A stretch of 64,000 bases of DNA, from assembly GCA_032718475.1 (NCBI GenBank), contig JAUCBJ010008359.1, positions 1 through 64,000 on the forward strand, in the 5' to 3' direction. This DNA is from Nemertoderma westbladi (taxonomy: Eukaryota > Animalia > Xenacoelomorpha). This document shows positions 1 to 12,093 of this stretch, piece by piece. Each line of letters begins with the position of its first letter. Position 1 is the stretch's first letter. Position numbers and translations under genes: made by a program. The notes under the pieces were generated by a model. It saw only the letters and a program-made list of their open reading frames with translations. It had not been told where the DNA came from and searched no databases.

Positions 1-222
1 CTGACTGACTGACTGACTGACTGACTGACTGACTGACTGACTGACTGACTGACTGACTGACTGACTGACTGACTGACTGACTGACTGACTGACTGACTGA
101 CTGACTGACTGACTGACTGACTGACTGACTGACTGACTGACTGACTGACTGACTGACTGACTGACTGACTGACTGACTGACTGACTGACTGACTGACTGA
201 CTGACTGACTGACTGACTGACT

Positions 223-253
<31 letters not shown>
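1..253. repeat. (CTGA)n microsatellite
   Basis: Perfect CTGA tetramer run from base 1 to about 245, decaying to about 253. Confidence 0.98.
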
Positions 254-254
<1 letters not shown>

Positions 255-586
255 TGGTTGTTTTCTAACGGCCTTCCTAACAGCCTTAAAAATATCGTAT
301 TCAAATTACTTGCCACGGTAGGCCTAAAGTGAATTAATGATACCGTTACTAGTTTATCGATGATATTACAATAAGGATATTGTTTAAACATAAAAAGTAA
401 CTTCAGATATAGTAAACCAATAGCCAGCCACCACACACCCCACCCCCACCTCGACAAATAAATATTTGACTTTTTACCATTTTTCATCGCTCTACAGTAT
501 AGACCTAACTGAGCCCTTTGTTCCTCGCGCGAATAATTCTTATAATAATAATATATACTGTACAATAATATATCTTATTCCTTTAG

Positions 587-1080
587 GACTGGAGTTTACT
601 CTAACATTTCTCAATCACCAAAGATTCAACTTCACAAACATGGAACAGGGACAAATGTTCTTCTACGTTGGTGTTGTCATGGCAACCATTCAGGTGTCGG
701 TAACCCGTCGAATTAAACCCGGAACTGAAACAAAAGTTGTTACCATGGCGATGATATCTGTACTCATGGCATTCACTATTATAGGATTAAGTAGTTCCAG
801 AATAATTTTGTATATTGGATTATTTTTCCTGGCTATTGGTGCAGCTGTTGTAGTACCTTGTATGACAACATTGGCTTCAAACTTCGCCCCCGAGGCATAC
901 AGAGGTATTGCTTTGGGTAGCATGAGATCTATTGGTAGTCTAGCCAGAACAATAGGCCCATTAGCCACCTCTATAATCTACTGGAGTCTAAGTAGTTCGT
1001 ATTGTTACTGTTTGGGGGCGGTACTTATGTTAATACCTTTGGTGTTGCTTCAAAGAATACATTTTGCGCCCGTGGTATAA
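587..1080 (+). CDS. MFSD10: Last coding exon of an MFS transporter, MFSD10/TETRAN-like
   Basis: Acceptor ...ttcctttag at 585-586. The peptide GLEFTLTFLNHQRF..QGQMFF..G..MATIQ...AAVVVPC...G..RSIGSLAR..GP....IYW matches the C-terminal half of MFSD10 as I recall it. Stop TAA at 1078-1080. Upstream exons lie outside the window. Confidence 0.85.
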
Positions 1081-1789
1081 ATGCACTAATTAGATAAATT
1101 GGACTATAGGCCTACAGTATATTTTAATACTGCACCCCACCCCCCCCCCCCCCCCCCCCCCCCCTCCCCCCACCCATCTCTACATTAACTGTTTTTCTCT
1201 CTTAGGTAATAAATACATTAATGGCAGTATTTTAGTCAAATCAATATGAGTAATATAGAAGGAAACACAAATGCACGTCCCTCTCCATGGCAAGATCGTA
1301 ACCTGTTGAATTTATGCGTTTAATGTTTTGATTAGAAAAAAGTGCTAATTAAACCTGCTCTTTTCCCTTAATTACTTTATTAATAATTGGCTGAGATTGA
1401 ATTTGCGTAAAATTTTCACCATTTCTCATTTGAGTAGACCTAATAATGTAATAAATATATATTTATTTTAAAAAATTAATTTCATTATTTATCTGGAGAT
1501 TATAATATTATTACCGACATAAGAATATTAAATCCGAGAGAAGGAATCCGCTTAACCCCTTCTTTAGAGCCTATGACGTCCACTCCACGTCACCATGATG
1601 GACTAGACAGCACTAAGACGTGCAGTGGACGTGAAGCTGGAATACATGTTTTATTGGAAGGCTCTTGGAGTAGGTAAACTGGTGGAATGACATTTTAGTG
1701 CTCTTCATAGGAAAAATCCATTCTGTACTGTAAATAGGCTGTATTGTAGACTGTATTATTGGTGTTAGGTATATGGCGTAATGCCAACC

Positions 1790-2110
1790 ACAGTACAGTA
1801 GTACAGACTGAAAGTAAGACCGACAGACAGACAGACTAGATTTATGTAAACGTGAAAACTGACAGCAGAATTGAAACACCAACCCTTAAAACCCCATAGC
1901 GAGAATATTAGTTAGTTTGTACTCTTTCTTAAGTCTCGACAGACAGGCTGGCAGAAAGACCGACAGACAAACATACTAGATTTATGTAAACGAGAGAACT
2001 GACATCAGAAATGAAATCAGCAACCCTTAAAACCCCCAGAGCGAGAATGTTAGTTAGATTTTATTCTTCTTAAGTATTGAAGGCAAACTGACAGAAAGAC
2101 CGACAGACTT
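1790..2110. repeat. Degenerate tandem repeat, unit about 140 bp, 2+ copies
   Basis: The block aagaccgacagac...actagatttatgtaaacg...aactgaca..gaa..gaaa...aacccttaaaaccc..agcgagaat.ttagttag recurs near 1815 and 1955, with a partial third copy near 2095. Confidence 0.7.
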
Positions 2111-2949
2111 CAGATTTGTAATTTTAGTTTAGGTTTTTGGGGGAAAAATCAAATCTTGTATTAGTTGCGAATTGGTTTCCCTAGCGTCTTAGAAGTTAAC
2201 CTACGCCGTCAAATATTCCGTAGAGAATTATCAAATTTTTACTTTATTTTCGGAACGTACGAATATATAAAATATCTCCCAACAAGTAACGGCTACTGAA
2301 CGTTCAAGTAGAATTTGTTTGTCTTGCTGTAATGCAGTAGGCCTAGGGCATCTGCATACAATAGGACTTTCTACAAATTTTTCAATGACACACATGTTGC
2401 GCTGAAGTGAGTACTTAGAGTCGTAAAATAACCATATGCATTTTAGAGATCATCTGTAAAAAAAACTTAATTTAGTACTACTGTAAAAACTAAACATTAG
2501 TAGACCACCATATGTCTGTTTAGTACATTAGGCCTACATTATTACTATATTAAAATAAATAATAATGCCTTACCCATTGAAACTTATTTGTGCACTATTA
2601 CTGTATCAGTACTGTATGATTACTATATCAGTCAGTAGGCTAGCCTACGGGGAATTCGTGTTCATTTAGCCTTAGCCTATTTCTGTATTGATTAGGATTA
2701 TAAAAACAACAAAGCAATTTTATCAAGCAAAATTTTCTGTTAAAATTTCATTTTAATCCTTCATAATAGGCCTATAAATTAACATACAGTATAATAAAGC
2801 AAAGTAGAAGACAGCAGAGTGGGTCTTTTTCCCTCAGCTACCTACAGTACTACAGCAGCCTTAGTGGCCGTCCCCTTTGGACACAATTCGAAGGCCCTAC
2901 TCCGCCGGGAGTGAGCCTATTAAATAATATCAAGCAAGCAAAGCAAACA

Positions 2950-3035
2950 GTCGGCCGAAGCCGGAGGCGACCCGAAGGCTCCTCTTTCGATAGCTGCTAC
3001 CCGAGGGTAGGGGTGGGCGCTACTCCTATCCCAAG
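2950..3035 (-). mobile_element. Possible 3' fragment of a SINE or non-LTR element
   Basis: GC-rich island whose minus strand (ggagtagcgcccacccctacc...agctatcgaaagaggagccttcgggtcgcc) has hairpin potential and is followed by a short ttgc-type tail. Family assignment is from memory only. Confidence 0.3.
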
Positions 3036-4277
3036 ATTTGATAATATACTGTGTAACAAAATTGTATTGTAACAAAATGTAACATATTGTATAATATTAT
3101 CATGATTAGTGAGATAGATGTGCAGGATGTTCTAGCTTTACACAGTAGGCCTACTGAACTAGCCTACTTCACGACTTCAGTTTCACATTGTGCAGTAGCC
3201 TACACTGAAGTACAGTAGTGGCCTACAGTAGATTAGATGCAGAAAATTCATAAACTGCAGTGAAATTGAGATGCATCCAATCGAGTAGTCCTGGTTAAAT
3301 ACTGTCAATCATTCAACTTTTATTCAGTTTGAATATATTTCTCCCAAATTTCCTATAAACTTTATCCAAAGTCTGTTTATTAAACAGAAGAAAACACCAG
3401 CGCTTGTATGCCCGACTGTATATATAGGCCTACCTATTTACCATAACGTGGAGGAATCCAACAGGTGTTTGATTGGTTTTGCATGCCTCCTCATGTGGAG
3501 ATTAATTGATGGTAATTTTCATAAATAATAATTTAGTTGTGAATTTCTGCATATTTAAAATGCATTAATTTATACACCCACGTAAAATGTTTATAACTTG
3601 AGATTTTGTCGGTCGAAGGGCAGTCCATCTCTAATTTATTAACTTAATCTATATACTGTACAGTCCCTATCTCATTCTGAATATTATTTCTCAAACTGGG
3701 TATCATTTCTCAAACCTTTTACTAATGATAGTCAACGGAAAATATCAGTAGGTAAGACTGGGGTAAGAGTTGAGAAATCAGAAAGATGCAGCCAGCTCAA
3801 TCTAACTCAAACTAGAGTCTGGCGCCATGGTTTGAGTTAGGTTGACATCCAACTGTGCCATACTCAGCATTACCCTTCCTGTACGGGATGGATAATTACT
3901 CTGGTTGAGTGAGGCACCACATTGGGATGGGGAAGGGGCCTCTGTCTGTTGCTTGGGCTCTTGAGTTAATTACATAGGGTTGAATTACATAAGCTGGAAC
4001 TTGCGTGTGTCTCATAAAAGACATGTCAATCACGCAGTTCCTTTGTGGGCTCTACTAAATGTATGTTGTTAACTAAACCACACTGGCTCGGTCTGTTTGT
4101 AGAGAAAGTTTTAATTCTGGGAATATTGTTGTGGGAAATCGGTGCTCTGTTGTCTGTCTGTTTGATGTCAATTGGTGCCTTACAAGACATATCAGTTTAA
4201 AAATCTAATGGTTAAATAACAATTATTAGTGCATATGGGACCTCGGATTCCCCGTACTTAGTTCTAATTTAAGCCTC

Positions 4278-4540
4278 ATGCGAATTTAGTTCCAATGGAA
4301 ACTAATTTAGTTCCAATTTAGGCGAACTTAGTTCCAATAACTGGAGAAAAACTAAAACGAATTTAGTTCCATTGGATGCGAATTTAGTTCCAATGGATGC
4401 GAATTTAGTTCCAATGGATGCGAATTTAGTTCCAATGGATGCGAACTTAGTTCCAATGGATGCGAACTTAGTTCCAATGCATGCGAATTTATTTCCAATG
4501 GATGCGAATTTAGTTCCAATGGAAGCGAATTTAGTTCCAA
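4278..4540. repeat. 21-bp minisatellite, unit GCGAATTTAGTTCCAATGGAT
   Basis: About 9 near-perfect copies at 4357-4540 plus degenerate copies upstream. It explains the three repetitive ORFs called here. Confidence 0.95.
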
Positions 4541-6194
4541 AGGGGCGAGCCACGTAATTGGCGAAGAATCTGTGACACTATTAAGAGGCTGGTTAAACAA
4601 TAATTATAAATAACTAACCCAAAACGCCCAACCTCCTAACGAAAACAATCTTATCCCAAACAACGCCCAAGCTCATAACCCAAACTACGCCTACATTAAA
4701 GTTAAATATTAAAAACATTAGCGAAATATACGCGACAGTAAAATAAATTTATAAAATTGGTTGGTTATATTATATGGTTATATTTTAATGTAAAATAACG
4801 TTAATATGTTATGAGTCATACATACTTAATAAATGTAATAAAAAAATTAATAAATCTTCAGTTTAATAATTTAGCATATAATTTTTTTATTCTGAAATTT
4901 AAAAATAAATTGAGTCACTGAGTCTGCAACTTAATTCTCACTGTCTACTGGAGTTAATTACACACAAACAAATCAAGTTTAGGGAATGTTATAACAGCAG
5001 GAGACCATCAAACCCGTAGGCAGAGTATAACAGAAGCGAGTGGGCCATTAAACACAGACAGACAGCTTGTTGTATGAATGCTACACAGTGCACAGTGGGT
5101 GGTTATGCGAGTTTGAGTTGGGTTTGAGTAAACCAGACATGGTTTGAGTTAGTAAGAGTGAGGTAAGAGAAAAGGTACCCAGTTTGAGAAACAGTATCTA
5201 GAATGAGATAGGGACTGTAGTCGACTATATATACATTTATACAGTATTAGCGATTACATAATTTCATATCCTACTTTTATAAAAGTATACTCCACTTGTT
5301 CTGCTAGTCCGAGTTAGTGACTAATTATCTTGTAATACTGTAATTACGGTACTGTATGTGAATATGCAGTAGGCCTAGTATAATTGCAGTAGAGAACCAA
5401 ATTTTGGCCCAAAACAGTAACATTTCACCTCCTTGGAGTTCATATTCAAGGTAAATTATTATTATGTATTCATTGAATTAAATTATTGGCAGAGCATCAA
5501 ACATTGTAAGTTTCTCAATGGAGGGATTATACCCCTCCAGTTGTAGGCCTAATGACCTGTAGTTTCTATGAGAAAGACATAAACAATATGCAAGTATAGG
5601 CCCTATATGAAACGCCTATCGTTGCAGTAACTGTATATAGTATATTCATAAATAAAAGGCAATAAATAGGAGTATAAATTGTTACAATATTAAGTATTAT
5701 TTATATACATATTATATATATGTATATATAATAATATAATATTAATATATATAATTATATACATTATTTATATACAGATAATTATTATGCTACTGTATTA
5801 ACTTTTATATTTCATTACATTGAGAGCATTCTGCTGATTTCATTTAACAGATAACTACAGTAGAAAGATCCAGAGAGGAAAGGGTTGTTAATTTATTGCA
5901 TAAGAAATAAATATACTGTAGTATTACTGTATTATTTCAAGTCTTACTTTATTAACACTATGTGAGATTACAATATGCGAGGTGTTTTAAAATCCAATCA
6001 AATATTCCAATATAATAATGGTAATTTACTGTAGGTCTACTACACTACTAGGTCGAGGGAGTTCGGACAGTGTAAATGAGATCCTTCCATGCTTCCCGAT
6101 TCTCCATGCCATAGTTATCGCAATTTCATTTTTCTCAAGTTCAGTATCCCTTTAAAGCTGGTCTATATATGTTATACTGTAGTATAGTAGTATA

Positions 6195-8329
6195 GGCTCA
6201 TTCCATGCAAATGTCAACCGCAGTGCCAATTTTGAAAAAAGTGAATTATTGCTTCTCATATAAATTTTCAGAACCGATATATGATGCGGTTTACGAATTT
6301 AATGCAAAAAACCGCATCAAAATTCGTTAACTTTCTGAAATCTGGTGTTATTCGGCTTTACCTCTCAAACTGCAAAAATACAGTTAACTGAGTGCATAAT
6401 ATGACAACAGCGTTTTATGAGTATTTTTTAGCAGATGGCAACGTAATAGAGTACTTTTCGAAGCAAAACAATCATATTTTCTACTGAAATCATTTGCTGT
6501 CAATTAAAACAACGTTGTGTCTAAAAATTCAGTGCTCATAATCTGCTTACATCATAATGTCCCGCACTTTACGCTGAACACCATATTTTGTTTGTACAGG
6601 ATAGACATACTGTATTATAATAGAATGATGATATGTCGTTTGTAAAGCACAAATATATGTATCATTAATCTGGGGTACTTAGTTTGTTTGTGGTGTTTCG
6701 TGTTATGTGGTAAACAGGTGTCCCGCACTTTACGTAAAGTGCGGGACAAAAAGTATAAATATCAAAGGATGTAGAGTAAGCGAGTATTTAGATGGAAGAA
6801 CTTCAACTGGAATAATCATAACAGACATAATAACTTCATATCAATATCTGATATTAAGACACTAAGAAAAAATGCATGAAAATCACATATATTTCAGTAA
6901 ATATACTCAAAATTCAAATTCCTATTTTTATTAGCTTATTCATACTCTGAATAATATTAGTAGGGCTGCCATTAACCCCTTCCTGGCTGGAGCGTACTGC
7001 ATATGCCACGGCCTAGACCATACATGGTAAGCTACTATTTATTAATGGTTTTATGGGTGCACTACAGTTCCAGGTCTAATCTGGCTATTTAATCTGTATT
7101 ACATTTAGGCCTACAGTGCACTTAAATGGTAATTTTACATAAGCCTAAAATAATATTGAACTGCCTGGAGGTAATACTGTAATACAGTAAGTAGGAGCCA
7201 CGCTGTACCAGGGCTTAGGCTAAGGCCACCAACAAAATGATACAAACAAATTTGCTATCGCCATGCCTACACTTCTGTTTAACTTACAGTATTAGGCACT
7301 ATAATATGTTAACCTCTATTTGTTTTTCTACTCCATTGGGGGGTATTCGTACATTGTCAGTGGTGGATGGCAGAACAGAACAATAATTTTGCGCCATTCT
7401 TTTCATGCTGGGGCCGACTTTGAGAAAGGACAATGACAAACTTTGTTTGAAACTTTGTTACGTTATTTATCGCAATATTGGAATGCTAGAATGGCATATT
7501 AAAGCCCGTACAGCCTTATGTTGGAGGCCTATTAATTATATCTATAATCCCCCCCACCCCCACCCGCCTCTTCACAACTGTGCATGTGCAATGTGCTGTG
7601 CACTGTACTAAAGGCCGGACCTCCAGTGGAATTGTATGCTTTAAATACTTGAACATTTACTTGACAGGCAGTCACATGTAAACATGTACACAGTACTGTA
7701 GTAAGGAGCTTTACAGGACCAACTACTGTAAGTTTGGTAGGTTAGGTTTAGTATTTTGGTTAGGATTAGTTGCATTGTCATTCATCTTTAAGTTCAAATT
7801 ATATGTAGCAATCTCACTGAAAAGTTTATAATTATCACTTATTTAGTCGGAATAATGTAATAATTAACGATTTAATGTGTTTATAAATGATAAAATCGCA
7901 CGTGTCCCGCACTTTACAGTGAAATGTCCCACACTTTACATGACTTTGCTGCACTTAAACTACTCCCCTGTTTCATTGAAGTTACCTACCAGCTTACTAA
8001 AGGCTAATCTATTTTCCCTATATATCTAGGAACATCATGAAACAAAACATTTCCCACTAACTTTACCCAATTCGCTGAACTTTAGCAATGAATTTGACAG
8101 TTGAGAATTTCACTTTCGTACGCGTCCCGCACTTTACAATTTTTTGAAGCAATAATTCTAAGACATAAACTGCTGCAGGTTTTCCAAACTGCGTTTTTAT
8201 ACAGAACCGATAATTGGTTTTTCTAAGAAACACAAGCATTATAATATTTTAGTTCATTTTCATGATGTACAGTACTAAAGTCTGCACAAAAAGTCGTACG
8301 AATATCCCGCACTTTACATGGAATGAGCC
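6195..8329. mobile_element. Non-autonomous DNA transposon with GG...CC TIRs
   Basis: TIR GGCTCATTCCATG ... CATGGAATGAGCC with TATA on both sides. Internal repeated motif TCCCGCACTTTAC near 6560, 6721, 7905, 8125 and 8305. No ORF. Confidence 0.85.
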
Positions 8330-8399
8330 TATAGTGTATAGTATAGTAGTAGTATAGTAGTAGTAGTACAGTAATAGTATAGTATAAAGTATGTATCTC

Positions 8400-9033
8400 T
8401 ATTGTTGCTACTCTCTATCCATGACCCAAGGTATTTGAAGTCGTCAACCTTCCTTCGTTGATTATTATCAATTAATTGTTGTCAATCAAGTTTCCATTAA
8501 CATTAAAAGTGATGAATTCGGTCTTCGTAGTATTTATATGCAATCCAACCTACTCAACATCCCTCCCCACTTTATTCAGTAGGATCTGTGCATATTCTAA
8601 CGTATATTAGAGAGCAGGGCGATGTCATCCGCAAAGTCAGTGTCTGTGACTTTCGTTGCCGGATATTTACTACTTCTGCGTTCTTGTAGTGTGAATCCCA
8701 GATCTTCACACTTTATGGCCGTCCTCGTTGCGTAGTCCAGTACAATTTCAAATAGTAATGACGCCAATATACTGTATCACGTTGCAGTACGCCAGCCAGG
8801 ATTGAGAAAAACACAGTTTCACCATCTGGTGTGGTGAGAGTATCTGAGCTTCTGTTTCACAATATATCAATCCAATGCCAGCGTCGATTACTTCTGGTAT
8901 TCCATAAGCTCTTAGGATTTCAAGCATTTTACCTCTATGGATGGAGTCGAATGCCTTCTTGAAGTCCACAAATGTCAGGACTGTGGGGAGATTCTTTAAT
9001 TTAATTACCCCACTCAGTCTCCGTAGCGCAAGT
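8400..9033 (-). mobile_element. Decayed RTE-like non-LTR retrotransposon RT fragment, 3' part
   Basis: Minus-strand translation gives FVDFKKAFDSIHRGKMLEILRAYGIP, DTDFADDIAL and VDDFKYLGSWI, with frameshifts. It is cut by the LTR element at 9034. Confidence 0.85.
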
Positions 9034-10503
9034 TGTTCGCGCTTTTGAAGACCTTTAGCAGTTTAACCTGCCAAAATTTATATGTCTTTTAGTTAATTAA
9101 AACACCTTTAGCATACGACAATATTTTATGCTAATACACAAAACATTAGCCGAAGTCAGCCCATGCGCGATCATTCACCCGATGGATCTACACCCGGGAG
9201 GCTGAATTCGGATGCTTAAATTTTATTATTGCAGTGTAAGGTTGCAGTGTAAACTTACTGTATTATTCGATAGATCGTTATTAATTAATTTCTGACAGAT
9301 ATTATTGGCTTTCGGGAAATATTAACAGTTCCTTTAGGACGCGGCGCTCTATCTATTTAAACAGAACTAGGACTTATACTAAACGCAACGATACTGCTTA
9401 TGATTAAAGTATAAAGCGCATTCTTTAGGAAATGCTTTGTTACCAATCACAATCATACACACTATTCTGCCGACCGTCAGTAAATTTGATCACACTTAAA
9501 GAGAGCAGCAATTGACTCATGTAGTGTCTGCTAAATAACATTAGATTCAATACACACCACATTGATATAAATCGCAATTGTTATGTATAGCCGGTCTCTC
9601 TAACCTGTAGTGTATCAAGAAAATTGGGAAATTTGGGTGATTTATCCGTATTCTCCAAAGAGCAATATTTCCATCAACAAATAGATACAATTAATAACTG
9701 ACAGTAAAATAACAGTACAAACAATATGATTAATGCAGTTAAATTAAGTGAGTTAGTTAGATTGATTAATTAGTTAAGATTCGTTAGGTAACAGTTTATA
9801 CTTTCGATAATTTAAGCAGTTTTACTAGAGTTCTTCCCAAAAAGCCGGTGTTATGGCGAAAAATGGGAACACAACAACAGAATCATATAAAATCATATGA
9901 CTACTACCACTATACGAGTATACCAAAATACCCTTATTCCCCGAAGCTCCGTTCAACACAGAGGATGAGCATAGAGATAGGAAATTCAGTTCAGTAGCGC
10001 TGGGATAGGTCGAAATCAACGCCTACGCAAATTCTATTGGCCGACACGGACAGCAAGGCTTAGGCAACCTCCCTACGCTGGTTGGCCGATTAAACTGAGC
10101 CCAGATATCTCCACACAGCACATCAGCCAATAAGCTGGTAGCTTGCACTATTTTAGTTATAAATCCCTTTGAGAGTATTCTAGCGACCGGGGGGGAACTG
10201 GCCAGCAAAGGCAAACGTATCAGTTACAGTGTCCGAGTGGATATGGCGCCTTACACAATAGTGTTTGGTGGCGCAGGTTCGAATCCGACTAAAGGCTGTA
10301 GAAATTTCGCACTGTTGTGTCCCTAGGCAAGACACTTTAGACATTAGTGCCTACGTCAACCCAGCGGTATAATGGGAACCTGGCTTTGCTGGGGTAATGA
10401 TAATAAAAAGCGCTTTGAGTATGCCGAGCATAATAAAGCGCTATATAAATAACCAATATTATTATATTATTATTATTATAGTTATCCCACAAAAGCTTTT
10501 ACA
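9034..10503 (-). repeat. 3' LTR, carrying a SINE insertion
   Basis: Near-identical to 21086-22285 apart from scattered SNPs/indels and the insert at 10227-10479. On the element strand it is preceded by the purine-rich GGGAGCGG (PPT-like, 10504-10511). Confidence 0.93.
10227..10479 (+). mobile_element. tRNA-derived SINE inserted in the 3' LTR
   Basis: A-box-like TGTCCGAGTGG, B-box GGTTCGAATCC, CORE-like TGTGTCCCTAGGCAAGACACTT, (ATT)n tail and an AGTTA duplication (10222-10226 / 10480-10484). Absent from the other LTR. Confidence 0.85.
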
Positions 10504-10581
10504 CCGCTCCCAGAAAATGGGATTTAAGTCTATAAAATATACAAAATCACAGTTTCTAAAATATAAAAATACTCTAAACAG

Positions 10582-11577
10582 TTAGTCTTTCTTGCGCGGA
10601 CGGCGTTTACGCAGTTTTTTAAAGCTAGCAAGAGTCCTTTTCTCTTTGGGGCGAGCCACTTTACGAGGAGGGCTATAACTCCTGGGTGAAGGGTGCAATA
10701 TGATTGCATCAGAAGGTATGGGATTGCGATCGGTATATCCGCCGGTCGAAGTACCGGGTTGATTGACATCAACGTCCGGGGAGAGGGGTCTAACGGCTTT
10801 GAGAGCTCGTTTCAAGACAGCCGCTCTTACGGGTCCTTTACGAGTGGTCTGAACGAGGGCCGTGGGTGGACCATAGGCAGTTAGAAACTTCCTTGGTTTA
10901 ATGGTTCTTTCCAGCTCGCGTTCGCGGGCTCTGTACTCGTAAGGCCGTCGATATACTTCCTGTAACTCAGGGTGTGAGTTGACAAATAAGTCTCCATAGG
11001 CCGGATCTTGACGGATAAAGTTTATTAAGTTATACGAATTGATGTCACTCGGATTAATGCTCCTGAGGAATTTGCGTACATATTTGGTTGAAATACATTC
11101 TCCAACGCGCTTCAATAGTTCATAACTTGATAGGCGCGATTTCTGCTCGACGGAGGCAAACAAATAAGGATGGAACGCATAAACTCCTTCGTAAGCGCGT
11201 CCAGGATAATAGCGATGGCGTGAATCACAATGTAAATCAGCGTTCGCTTCCCAAGCTCTGATATAACGTAGTACAATCATTTCATCTACGCTCTCTAAAT
11301 CATGGTTAAAGGGACAATCAAAGCTGGCGTGTCCTTTTAATTGACAATGATGGCATTGAGTCATAAATTGGGGGCAGACAGCAAAAATGTGCAAATTATT
11401 AAGCCGACAATATGCACAATAGATTTCCATCGATGGTTGCTCGTGGAAATAGGAACAAAGATCGTTGGTGTCCATAGACGTAATATGGTCTCTCGATGCG
11501 CACAGCCGACAACGTTGTCTAGAAACATAATTGGCATGGCGATAATCATACGCAGTAAGACACTGGGAACCTTGATA
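10582..11577 (-). CDS. Accessory ORF3: triple CCHC zinc-knuckle protein with basic C-terminal tail
   Basis: The frame is open from the TGA at 11578-11580. Knuckles CRLCASRDH.. (upstream of the first ATG at 11475), CAYCRLNNLHIFAVC and CHHCQLKGHASFDC. Tail KKLRKRRPRKKD. Homologous to 55940-57028. Confidence 0.8.
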   Translation of the reverse strand, partial: YQGSQCLTAYDYRHANYVSRQRCRLCASRDHITSMDTNDLCSYFHEQPSMEIYCAYCRLNNLHIFAVCPQFMTQCHHCQLKGHASFDCPFNHDLESVDEMIVLRYIRAWEANADLHCDSRHRYYPGRAYEGVYAFHPYLFASVEQKSRLSSYELLKRVGECISTKYVRKFLRSINPSDINSYNLINFIRQDPAYGDLFVNSHPELQEVYRRPYEYRARERELERTIKPRKFLTAYGPPTALVQTTRKGPVRAAVLKRALKAVRPLSPDVDVNQPGTSTGGYTDRNPIPSDAIILHPSPRSYSPPRKVARPKEKRTLASFKKLRKRRPRKKD

Positions 11578-12093
11578 TCATTCCAATATGTAGTCGCTAT
11601 CGCTACTCCGAGACGTGGGGGGCTGAATCTCTTCAGATTCTAAACATATGGGTTCGTCTTCCCCTTGTATAGTTGAGGTAGGCGTGGCTGTCTCCTCAAG
11701 TGGACCTATCGTCTGAATTTCCACGACAGAATAACCTGTGGGGATCCGAGGTCTTTGGATAACCGAGGAGTGCAGGTTCATTATACAAATGTCTTTGAAA
11801 ATAGCAAATCCAGCGCTATCTAACTTCTCCGCAGCCGAGTCTCTTAAGCTGAGCTTGGTCAAAGCGCGGTCTTTGAATTGGCTATCCACGTTGCGAAACG
11901 GGGTTAAAAGCCGTCGGAAACATTCAAAGCGGATGAATTTATTATGTTCATCTAGCTTAGCGAGTTTGGTCCCAAGGATTAATGGATGGGCGCGTATAGT
12001 ACGACTGCACACATCGGCTAGCCAACCGGAAAGTGCGGTGTTTTCGAAGATCGTATAGATAGTCTTCCATTTGTTCAAAGCTGTCCGGGACAA
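11578..12093 (-). CDS. Accessory ORF2, unknown function; in frame with ORF3 across a TGA
   Basis: 171-codon ORF with a TTG start only. IYTIFENTALSGWLADVCSRTIRAHPLILG / LLTPF / GFAIFKDI align with the ORF at 55253-55939. Confidence 0.7.
   Translation of the reverse strand: MSRTALNKWKTIYTIFENTALSGWLADVCSRTIRAHPLILGTKLAKLDEHNKFIRFECFRRLLTPFRNVDSQFKDRALTKLSLRDSAAEKLDSAGFAIFKDICIMNLHSSVIQRPRIPTGYSVVEIQTIGPLEETATPTSTIQGEDEPICLESEEIQPPTSRSSDSDYILE

Noticed and set aside
466-586. N-terminus of the 204-aa ORF
   Set aside because: Intronic read-through upstream of the acceptor at 585-586.
4302-4600. Three repetitive ORFs
   Set aside because: Artefacts of a 21-bp minisatellite.
10227-10300. Functional tRNA gene
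   Set aside because: It has A/B boxes but no full cloverleaf, and it continues into a SINE body, tail and TSD.
11578-11580. Selenocysteine recoding of the conserved UGA
   Set aside because: No redox motif around the codon and no SECIS I could identify downstream. Ordinary read-through or splicing is simpler.
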